Shown in pieces: positions 15,376-22,317 of a stretch of DNA of 26,649 nt. The position numbers and the translations under genes are program-made. The stretch is from a virus (Duplodnaviria; Caudoviricetes): positions 1-26,649 of the IMG/VR virus record IMGVR_UViG_3300025314_000088. One strand, 5' to 3'. Each line of letters opens with the position of its first letter. The first letter of the stretch is position 1. The notes below the pieces were generated by a model, which saw only the letters and a program-made list of their open reading frames with translations, was not told the DNA's origin and ran no database searches.

Positions 15376-16067
15376 TTCAGCGTCTCTTTCTTTTTGATCA
15401 ACTCGCTGAATTCTTTCCATTCCTCATCTGTCCGCTTCGGGGTTCCGTCTTTTGTTCCCCCTCTGTCCTGCACCCGCGAAAGCCAGTTTGTGATGAACCG
15501 CCGCCAATTCGACTTCTTTCCCTTCTGTCTGTTCGAGATTATCCATTCTCTCATCCGGGCGAGTTCTATCTTGATGTCACAGACCGGATATGCTTCCTTC
15601 CATCTGATTAGATCATCTTCTGTTATTCCTTCCCATTTAAGAGAAGAGAATATAAAAGAAATATGAGGCAGAAGCAGAGATGTCACGCCTTTTTGTGACA
15701 CGTCACGCTTGTCACAGATTTTTTCTCTGTGCCTTCTTTGACGAATAGCATCGGGACTATCAGAGTAAAGAAATCTTCTATAGTGTTGATAATTCAATAA
15801 CTTCCATCCATGTTTAACCCTCTCGATTCGACGCCCTTCTCTCTTGCTGTTCCGTGATTGCGGGTCGGGTCCTAAAAATTTATCAAAAGCTCGCGTGACA
15901 ATTTCAATTGGTATGTGACAAACATTAGCTAAATAAGCAGGTGAAATTCTGGCGATTCCATCCGCCTCACATGAAGCCATTAGGGCAATCCAAATTTTGA
16001 ATGTATCGGAGTCTTCAGCCATGATAGATGATTGTAGAATCCCCTCATCCAGTTTCGTAAATCCCAT
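15372..16067 (-). CDS. Phage replication initiator (lambda O-like organisation)
   Basis: Start moved to ATG 16067 (MGFTKLDEGIL, GGGAG SD); winged-helix N-terminus, IRQRRHRE linker, C-terminal AYP...SNWRRFITNWL domain. Confidence 0.75.
   Translation of the reverse strand: MGFTKLDEGILQSSIMAEDSDTFKIWIALMASCEADGIARISPAYLANVCHIPIEIVTRAFDKFLGPDPQSRNSKREGRRIERVKHGWKLLNYQHYRRFLYSDSPDAIRQRRHREKICDKRDVSQKGVTSLLLPHISFIFSSLKWEGITEDDLIRWKEAYPVCDIKIELARMREWIISNRQKGKKSNWRRFITNWLSRVQDRGGTKDGTPKRTDEEWKEFSELIKKKETLK
15575..15920. repeat. GTCAC/GTGAC iteron-like repeats, putative replication origin
   Basis: Four clustered copies at 15681-15716 in both orientations, plus 15575, 15894 and 15914; next to an A-rich tract (~15636-15664) inside the initiator linker. 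Confidence 0.6.
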
Positions 16068-16086
16068 CAATTTCTCCCGATATGAA

Positions 16087-16183
16087 GACCCCGCCCCCTC
16101 CAGCGGACCAGTGCTTTGGATATCTGCTTGCGCAGACAGGAGGGGGCTAAGGGTTTTATTTCGTCTCGCATTGTCTGGTCCGC
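16087..16183 (-). ncRNA. Structured leader RNA, copy 2 (69-nt core plus 5' pairing segment)
   Basis: Core AACCC-UUA-GCCCCCUCC-UGUCUGC-GCAA-GCAGAUA-UCCAAA-GCACUGGUCCGC-U-GGAGGGGGC-G-GGGUC; upstream GCGGACCAG (16183-16175) pairs with CUGGUCCGC; covaries with copy 1. Confidence 0.85.
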
Positions 16184-16191
16184 ATGCCATG

Positions 16192-16220
16192 AATTTACCC
16201 CATCACTCCTGCGTTGTCAA
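16192..16220 (-). promoter_or_regulatory. Sigma70-like promoter for the replication operon
   Basis: TTGACA (16220-16215), 17 nt, TAAATT (16197-16192); AT-rich upstream. Confidence 0.75.
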
Positions 16221-16232
16221 GGATGATTTAAT

Positions 16233-16303
16233 AAAAAAACGGGGCCAGGCTCGTTGAAAGGAGGGTGGGGGGAATACCCAAAGAAAAGACCGGCCCGGCC
16301 CCG
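16233..16303 (-). terminator. Terminator-like structure with a large loop
   Basis: CGGGGCCGGGC (16303-16293) pairs with GCCTGGCCCCG (16250-16240), followed by T7; 42-nt pyrimidine-rich loop. Confidence 0.6.
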
Positions 16304-16308
16304 CATGT

Positions 16309-16470
16309 TCAAACTCTCCGCTCCCGTCTTCCCCGAGCCGCAATCTCCCCGACCCGCGTTCCCGGATCGGCCAGGTCGTGGAGATCCCCGCAGCCCAGGC
16401 ACTTCATCCACTGCGCGTCTATGGCCGAGTGCCAAACGAATAGGCCGCCACACTTTCCACAGAAAATCAT
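16309..16470 (-). CDS. Small zinc-ribbon protein
   Basis: MIFCGKCGG...KCLGCG; start uncertain. Confidence 0.55.
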   Translation of the reverse strand: MIFCGKCGGLFVWHSAIDAQWMKCLGCGDLHDLADPGTRVGEIAARGRRERRV

Positions 16471-16480
16471 AAGGTCGCGG

Positions 16481-17149
16481 TTAGGATGTTCGGCTGACGA
16501 CTGTTTCATCGAAGTACGTCTCAATTCCCGGGATGGCCATCTTCTCCCGCTGAATCCGGAAGATCTGCTCTACGCGGGCGCGGTCAAGCGCCAGGAATTC
16601 TCGGGGGACGGCGCCGAGGTCAACGACCCGCCACTTGGTCTCCTTGCGAAGGAATGTGCCTTGGGCCTTGATGGGATCAGGGATGATAGTCTTCGGCGTC
16701 TCGATGGCGACGGCCTCTTCGAAATGCTTCTCGGCTTCTACGGTCTTCCCCGCGTTCTCGGCGTCGATCGCCGCCTGCATTGCGGCCAGCCGCTTGCGCT
16801 CAGCCTCGGCAGCCTCCCGCCGGGCCTTGTCTAAGGCCTCCTGGCGAATTCGGGCCTGTTCGGCCAGCCATGCCCCGAGTTTCGGCTTGATAATTTTCTC
16901 TGCTTCGAGCAAGGGATTAAGATAGCGGGCACGTTGGGCCAGCGCCATGTCGTGGGCTTTGTTCGTGGCGTCCACGGTCGGATCAAAGGCTTCGTGGACT
17001 AACTTCTGCATCTGCTTATCCGCGGCCTGAAGGTCATTCGCCGCCCGGAATGTCGCATCGTTTGTGATCACCAGGGTGCGTGCCTTCTCCGGAAAGGACA
17101 GGGCGGTCTCGATGACTACCAAATTGCTGTTGACAATTTCGTTTGCCAT
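16481..17149 (-). CDS. Coiled-coil phage protein of the recombination module
   Basis: 222 aa, AGGAGGAG SD; long Ala/Glu/Arg-rich helix; C-terminal VPREFL...IPGIE motif. Confidence 0.75.
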   Translation of the reverse strand: MANEIVNSNLVVIETALSFPEKARTLVITNDATFRAANDLQAADKQMQKLVHEAFDPTVDATNKAHDMALAQRARYLNPLLEAEKIIKPKLGAWLAEQARIRQEALDKARREAAEAERKRLAAMQAAIDAENAGKTVEAEKHFEEAVAIETPKTIIPDPIKAQGTFLRKETKWRVVDLGAVPREFLALDRARVEQIFRIQREKMAIPGIETYFDETVVSRTS

Positions 17150-17159
17150 TATCTCCTCC

Positions 17160-18194
17160 TTAGAACGGGATCTCGCCGTCTCCGGCCTGCTTCTCGATGG
17201 CCTGCTTCTTGAGCTTGAAGAACTCGATGGCCTTATCGATCTCGGCCTTTGTCTTGAGCTCGGTAATCCGCTCAGCCTGTTCCTTCATGATTTTTCCGCC
17301 GAGATCCTGATAGCCCTTGAGCAGCGCTTCGAGGTCGTGGCCCGCCTTCACGAGCTCCGCCTTCTCGAAGGCCTCCTTTTCCTTGGCCTTCTTTTTCTCC
17401 TCGTCTTCTTTCGCTTTGGCCACATCCTTCGGTTTTGCTTCCAGCGCCGGCTTCGCCTCTTCGGTCTCGTCTTCGGGCTTGAAGCCGTTCGGGGGATAGA
17501 AGAGGTCGTCCTTGTCCTCGTCCGGGGGAGGCAGCAAAATCATCTCCGGTTTGACTTGCGCAGATTGCTGGAGTTGACGTAGAGTCATCTTTTCGTCCAG
17601 GTCGATCTTCATTGTGTAGTGCGTGGATTTCTTGGGCTTTCCCCCTTCCGCCTCGATGCGCTGTATTTCCATCTTTTGCCGCTTGAGAATCAAGGGGATC
17701 ATGCGCACACGTCCGGCGATGGCGCGTATCATATCAAGGCCGGAATTCAGATCGATGATGGAATTTTTGGAGCTTGTCGTGATTTGGTAAATTCCGAATC
17801 CTTGGACGTCCGGCATGAGAAAGCAGAAAATCCCTATCTGCTTACAGTCCCCCGACTTGAGATAATCGCAGGGACAGGGAATTTCCTTGAGGCCCCCTTC
17901 GTCAGCCCAGCAAAAGGCTTTTTCTCCATCCCCCTTGCACTGAAGCAGGTTTGTCGTATAACGCTTGTAGTATTGGGGAAAAAAGCGCTCAGATTCTTCG
18001 ACGGGAATCATGATCTTCAACTCTGTTGGCTTCTCTCCGAAGACTGCCTGAACCTCCGGGGGACAGACGAAATACTCAACCTCAGTAGGGTAGGGCGCGC
18101 AGGGCGTCCCGTCCTTCTTTACGGCCTTCTTCACGCCGAGATGGATTTTCCCAAGTCGCGGCATACGCCTGGCTTCTGAAATTCCCTTAATCAT
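17160..18194 (-). CDS. Gp3-like / recombination directionality factor-like protein
   Basis: MPRLGKIHLG, CKGDGE, CPC...C, YQITTSS.NS and IPLILKR motifs resemble the Gp3-like family; ends DGEIPF. Confidence 0.65.
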   Translation of the reverse strand: MIKGISEARRMPRLGKIHLGVKKAVKKDGTPCAPYPTEVEYFVCPPEVQAVFGEKPTELKIMIPVEESERFFPQYYKRYTTNLLQCKGDGEKAFCWADEGGLKEIPCPCDYLKSGDCKQIGIFCFLMPDVQGFGIYQITTSSKNSIIDLNSGLDMIRAIAGRVRMIPLILKRQKMEIQRIEAEGGKPKKSTHYTMKIDLDEKMTLRQLQQSAQVKPEMILLPPPDEDKDDLFYPPNGFKPEDETEEAKPALEAKPKDVAKAKEDEEKKKAKEKEAFEKAELVKAGHDLEALLKGYQDLGGKIMKEQAERITELKTKAEIDKAIEFFKLKKQAIEKQAGDGEIPF

Positions 18195-19353
18195 CTTTGC
18201 CTCCTTTGATTCTCAAAACATCTACGAAGGTCGTAATCTTGGCTTGCTCCAGAACGCCTGCGTCGATCATCCCGTCCTTGATGGCCGCCTGTATTTTTTT
18301 GAGGTCGGGTTTCGCAATGAGCAGCCATTTGTCACCGACTTGCTCCAGCAGATAATCCTCATCGAGGATCGATCTTTTCATGGTCCCGTGGATGATCGTC
18401 TGGCCATTAGCGCTTATCTGCTCAAGTCCCGTCGCCTTGAAGTACCGCATAAGCACGGCGCGAAGCCGGTCGACTTCATCCTCGACTTTCTTTTCCTCCA
18501 CCTTGAGCTCGATGTACCGGGCCGCCGCGCTCTCGACGAGCTCTTGTTCTGGTTTCTCAACCGTCTCATCGGCAACGAAAACCGGCGCTTCCGGCCTGGG
18601 TATGCCCTCCCAGCAGATCGAGTCCGCATATCTGCAATAGGTGCACTTGATCGAGTCCCGCTCGAAGGGCCGTATGGGGCACTCACCGGCCAGGATGGCT
18701 TTGTCGAGCGCCGTGAACCGCGCCTTGATAACCGCCACGCGCTCAGCGTCGTAGTCCACGCGCCAGCCGCAGAGAGGCAGGGGGTCGGCTATCATCGCCC
18801 GATCGGCATAGAGTATGAATCCGTAGTTGAGGACTTCGGACTGCCGGATGCTCTTGGCCGAGCTTTCCTTGAGCCGATCGATGTACCAGAGGAGTTGATC
18901 GATTTCGTCCTGGGTTGGCTCCTCTCCGCCGAAGTTGTAGGGATTCTTGGTCTTTATCTCGACAACGGCTATCCCCTTCTCCGTCTCGATGAAGCGATAG
19001 ACGGCTGCGATGAAGTCGAGGCGGCCCGTTGCTTTGTGTGCCCAATCTTCAACGCCCATTTCGATATCGCGTCCCGCCTCAAGCATCCCCCTCCGCCGGG
19101 CCCTGTCCTGGAGGTCATCATGGAGGAGATTGCCGGCGCTGAACATCATGAGCGTCTTGGCCGTGATGGGCCGCTTTTTCTCCGGGCAGGTGAAGTTGTA
19201 AAACGTGGCTCGATCACAAGCCCCGACATCACTTATGTAGAAATTGCCGCGTTTTTGATGATCTCGTTGGCCGGACCGGATTTTGAAATCATTCAGATAA
19301 CTCTCAGTGATTTCCTGGATGAGGAAATGGTCGCTGTTCAATTTCTCGATCAT
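18187..19353 (-). CDS. Cas4-like PD-(D/E)xK exonuclease (not CRISPR-associated here)
   Basis: SDVGACDR, GNLLH, GRLD, EIKT, QLLWY and CTYCRYADSIC (four-Cys Fe-S staple). Confidence 0.85.
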   Translation of the reverse strand: MIEKLNSDHFLIQEITESYLNDFKIRSGQRDHQKRGNFYISDVGACDRATFYNFTCPEKKRPITAKTLMMFSAGNLLHDDLQDRARRRGMLEAGRDIEMGVEDWAHKATGRLDFIAAVYRFIETEKGIAVVEIKTKNPYNFGGEEPTQDEIDQLLWYIDRLKESSAKSIRQSEVLNYGFILYADRAMIADPLPLCGWRVDYDAERVAVIKARFTALDKAILAGECPIRPFERDSIKCTYCRYADSICWEGIPRPEAPVFVADETVEKPEQELVESAAARYIELKVEEKKVEDEVDRLRAVLMRYFKATGLEQISANGQTIIHGTMKRSILDEDYLLEQVGDKWLLIAKPDLKKIQAAIKDGMIDAGVLEQAKITTFVDVLRIKGGKDD

Positions 19354-19622
19354 TGGAACCTCTCCCCCGCCTTGGCCTGCGAATCGAACGTGATCGCATC
19401 CTGGCCTGGCCGGTCCAGGTCCGCCGTCGCCTTGCGGATGGCGGCCTTGATAATATCTACCAGGTCCCCTTCTTCAAATTGCCGTCCGCTCCGAATTCCC
19501 TGAAGATATCTTTCCGTGCGGATACAGGCTTCCAATAGCGCCGGCGCCGCCGCAATCAGCAGGCTCTCGTGTTTCAGTCCCCGCGCTTCCCCCGAAGACG
19601 GGGACGCTTCTGTTTTGCTCAT
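19350..19622 (-). CDS. Hypothetical protein with IAAAPxLL motif
   Basis: LIAAAPALLEAC...AAIRKA; coupled at both ends. Confidence 0.7.
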   Translation of the reverse strand: MSKTEASPSSGEARGLKHESLLIAAAPALLEACIRTERYLQGIRSGRQFEEGDLVDIIKAAIRKATADLDRPGQDAITFDSQAKAGERFQ

Positions 19623-19900
19623 GCTATCCCCGCCAATCTCCGATTGCGTGCCCTTCTCCGCTCCCGCTTTTCCTCAGCTAATTGGAGCATGAGTTCTTTT
19701 CCACCCGGGCTGAGATTCCGGGGGTTATCCTTGACGAAAAGCCAGCGTGCCAGGCCGCCCCTTTTCTCCGGCAAGGAAATAACTGGACCCGCCGGCTTGG
19801 CCGGGAAAGCATGGGATTCGGTGGGCCTTCTATTTTTGTGCCTGAAGGCCGCAGCGACTTTCCCAAACAAACCCTTGAATGGAAATCTAATGGTGCTCAT
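19619..19900 (-). CDS. Basic hypothetical protein
   Basis: 93 aa, GAGGA SD, Arg-rich C-terminus. Confidence 0.6.
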   Translation of the reverse strand: MSTIRFPFKGLFGKVAAAFRHKNRRPTESHAFPAKPAGPVISLPEKRGGLARWLFVKDNPRNLSPGGKELMLQLAEEKRERRRARNRRLAGIA

Positions 19901-19907
19901 GCTATCC

Positions 19908-20147
19908 TCACTCAGTCATGGTCAAAATAATGGATAAATCGCCGAGCATCATTAGGCCTTCGACATAACCCGTGTTCGGATCGATTCGGAGTTGAGCTAA
20001 TTCAAGATATTTTTTGGCCAGCTCTCCGCTGTATTTTCCCTGCAAACGTGTTTCGCTGTTAGAAAATGTCAGGGAATATCCAGCATCGATCAGGTCTTGA
20101 ATCTCACCATAAACCTCACAGAATCTTTGTACGTTGATAATTTTCAT
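19908..20147 (-). CDS. Hypothetical protein
   Basis: 79 aa, GGGGGAG SD, ATGA coupling. Confidence 0.65.
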   Translation of the reverse strand: MKIINVQRFCEVYGEIQDLIDAGYSLTFSNSETRLQGKYSGELAKKYLELAQLRIDPNTGYVEGLMMLGDLSIILTMTE

Positions 20148-20389
20148 TTCTCCCCCGTTTCAAACAATTCCCCTTGCCCCGCTGAAAGGTTGAGGAGGGC
20201 GTTGCCGCCCCCCTCGTTTCCAGCGCCTGAAAGATTCATCTTGGATGTACCTCGATGGCACCTCCTTACTTTCATATGGATTTCAAGTCCGATATCGCCG
20301 GCCTGAGTATTGCAAGTCAGGCAATGACCGCGTCTGAAGAGCTGTTCATAACCGCAGCGCGGACAATAGGAGCGGTGGAGGCTAATCAT
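20144..20389 (-). CDS. First early gene: small zinc-ribbon protein
   Basis: YCPRCG...HCLTC; ends GQGELFETGEK; directly follows leader RNA copy 1. Confidence 0.55.
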   Translation of the reverse strand: MISLHRSYCPRCGYEQLFRRGHCLTCNTQAGDIGLEIHMKVRRCHRGTSKMNLSGAGNEGGGNALLNLSAGQGELFETGEK

Positions 20390-20406
20390 ATTCCGCCAAT
20401 ATGGGA

Positions 20407-20513
20407 GATCCCGCCTCGGCCAGCTCGGGAAAGCTTTGGTTATTACCTTGCGGCAATAGGCCGAGGCTAAGGATCATTTGCTCATTTGATTTGGTCATGA
20501 TGCTTTCCCGAGC
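20407..20513 (-). ncRNA. Structured leader RNA, copy 1 (69-nt core plus 5' pairing segment)
   Basis: Core GAUCC-UUA-GCCUCGGCC-UAUUGCC-GCAA-GGUAAUA-ACCAAA-GCUUUCCCGAGC-U-GGCCGAGGC-G-GGAUC; upstream GCUCGGGAAAGC (20513-20502) is a perfect 12-nt complement of GCUUUCCCGAGC. Confidence 0.85.
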
Positions 20514-20530
20514 GCTTCATTCTGCTTACT

Positions 20531-20580
20531 AATTTATACCGATTTTCAGAAAAGTCAAGCTTTTTTTGCATTTATTTTCA
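20531..20580 (-). promoter_or_regulatory. Sigma70-like early promoter with UP-like A-tracts
   Basis: TTGACT (20558-20553), 16 nt, TAAATT (20536-20531); AAAATAAATGCAAAAAAA upstream; TTTTC-A-GAAAA palindrome at 20543-20553. Confidence 0.65.
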
Positions 20581-20788
20581 GGCCCCAGGAAGCGTTTTCG
20601 TGAAATTTGTTTCCCCGAGAGGGCCGATTTCAGCCTAGTCCCCTAAGCGATCTCCATCTAAAATGGCCTCATTTGGGCCAAAACAGGCCACCTAGGGGCC
20701 TCGGGGCTTGATTCCGAGAACTATCTTCCCGCCCGGACGCTGAGATAGGTTCCGATAACCTCCCCAGTAACGCATCCATTGGCCTGGA

Positions 20789-20881
20789 TCATCCCTTGAA
20801 ATATTTGCGGATTAAATAGCGGATGAGAAAAATCCCGGCAATGATGGCGATGATGGCTCCGGTAATAAATCCAAGAATCAT
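20789..20881 (-). CDS. 30-aa single-TM peptide (not in the ORF track)
   Basis: MILGFITGAIIAIIAGIFLIRYLIRKYFKG behind an AAAGGAG SD. Confidence 0.65.
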   Translation of the reverse strand: MILGFITGAIIAIIAGIFLIRYLIRKYFKG

Positions 20882-20953
20882 TCGAGTCTCCTTTTCCAAA
20901 ACTGCCACCATCGTTTTTGCTTTGGCCTCGGTTGCATCGAACATATCGAGGCA

Positions 20954-21151
20954 TTAAGAAGAAGAAGTAGCATAATTGGATTCATGTTTTTTCCTCCCTT
21001 CCCAGTATTCATCCCATGTCGGATGCTTGATACCAAGTTCGTCGAGGATGCCACAAAGAAAATGCACCCTTTCCCTTAGCCACCAGCGCCCGGGGATTTT
21101 CCCGGCGGTATTCAATAGCCAGTCGCCGCTTACTTCACTCGGCTTGCTCAT
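20954..21151 (-). CDS. Hypothetical protein
   Basis: 65 aa, AAGGAGG SD, Trp-rich. Confidence 0.65.
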   Translation of the reverse strand: MSKPSEVSGDWLLNTAGKIPGRWWLRERVHFLCGILDELGIKHPTWDEYWEGRKKHESNYATSSS

Positions 21152-21164
21152 TGATGGCCTCCTT

Positions 21165-22316
21165 TTAATTCTTTCCCAACAGCCAACGAAATAACTTTGC
21201 TATAATCGAATTCTTTCCGACCCACCAATTCCACCAAGGTTGCTTTTCCGGATCAGGCGGCGGTGGCGGACCGGGGGGAGGCGGTTCCGGCGGCGCTGGC
21301 GGGATAAGCTCAACCCAATCATCCGGGTACTTCCCGTAATTCTCCGGCCAAATACCGAACTTGGCCTTGTATAGCTCGCTTACTGCCATGATAGGTAAAG
21401 CACCGCAAGCATCGTTATTCCAGACCTTACTAATAAACTCAAAGGCAAACTTGGGTTGGCCCGTACTTAATGTGAACTTGGGATGTAGGCCTGCACTGAC
21501 ATAATTCAGGACATACTTGACCGCGCCCATAAACTGGAACGAAGCTGGGCGGACTTGATCTTGGTAGAAGTCGCATAGGCTTGCCCCATTCCTTATCCCA
21601 TCGACAGAAAAGAAGGTGCACATACGATGCCTAGCCCACCATTCAACGGCTTGAATCAGGTTTTCGCTATTCTCATCTCGGATTCCATGTACCTGCTTGT
21701 AGATGGCGAAGGACGTATCGTCTCCCCACTTCTTTGAGGCTTCCTGTTTATGATCCACGATGAGGTCAGGCCCGGCATTGAATGAGTACGATGGGCCATA
21801 GGAGAAGGGGATTTTTCCAACCTTGTCAAATTCCGGGATGATGACATTTTTGAACAAGGCCGTAGATTCATCCTTGTTCAGTTCATTCCCCGACCCAAAG
21901 TCTACGTAATCCAGATCACCAAGTTGAGCGAAGAAAGCACGGCAAAGCCTCCTGGCCTTATCATAATTCACAGGCTCATACATCCATTTTTCGGAACAAT
22001 TATCGAAAAGCTCGACAACTATCCTTGCACCTTGTCCTGCGGATGGCTCCTGACATGGATTGTGTAGGGTAGCAAGATATTCTTTCAGAATGGGAAAATA
22101 TTCCGGATCTTCCCAATCAAACTCTTTCTCAATGGCCCAAGGAGCATGGCGCAGGACGCGGAAGCAGTTAGCGCCGGCATTTAAAAAACGCCTACTTCTA
22201 TTGAAGGCTTTGACCTTATCGAGAATGACAATCCCGTCAACGACCTTTAGGACCCCCCAGGGTGAAGTGGAAAAATCTGCCAATGGACTTTGAAGGAGCA
22301 ATATTTTATCTTTCAT
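21165..22316 (-). CDS. Putative glycoside-hydrolase-like TIM-barrel protein with Pro-rich linker and amphipathic C-terminus
   Basis: VVELFDNC, GSGNE (clan GH-A-like NE), VHG, FSVDG; then PPAPPEPPPPGPPPPP and WWNWW...IAKLFRWLLG. Confidence 0.5.
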   Translation of the reverse strand: MKDKILLLQSPLADFSTSPWGVLKVVDGIVILDKVKAFNRSRRFLNAGANCFRVLRHAPWAIEKEFDWEDPEYFPILKEYLATLHNPCQEPSAGQGARIVVELFDNCSEKWMYEPVNYDKARRLCRAFFAQLGDLDYVDFGSGNELNKDESTALFKNVIIPEFDKVGKIPFSYGPSYSFNAGPDLIVDHKQEASKKWGDDTSFAIYKQVHGIRDENSENLIQAVEWWARHRMCTFFSVDGIRNGASLCDFYQDQVRPASFQFMGAVKYVLNYVSAGLHPKFTLSTGQPKFAFEFISKVWNNDACGALPIMAVSELYKAKFGIWPENYGKYPDDWVELIPPAPPEPPPPGPPPPPDPEKQPWWNWWVGKNSIIAKLFRWLLGKN

Positions 22317-22317
22317 G

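Noticed and set aside
16068-16190. N-terminal 41 codons of the track's 272-aa replication ORF
   Set aside because: ATG 16190 lies upstream of the predicted transcription start and the segment is the structured leader; ATG 16067 has an SD.
18187-19353. CRISPR-Cas locus suggested by the Cas4-like gene
   Set aside because: No other cas genes or repeat-spacer array; solo Cas4-like nucleases are common in phage recombination modules.
20407-20513. HDV-like/theta ribozyme or tRNA interpretation of the leader element
   Set aside because: No P1.1 or J4/2 catalytic-C arrangement, and no D/T-loop consensus or cloverleaf.
20580-20720. Several short GGCC-centred inverted repeats upstream of the early promoter
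   Set aside because: Stems are short with no U-tract or consistent consensus; cannot be called a terminator or operator.
20721-20954. 77-aa track ORF
   Set aside because: No SD or motifs; the nested 30-aa ORF in another frame has a strong SD and a coherent TM sequence.
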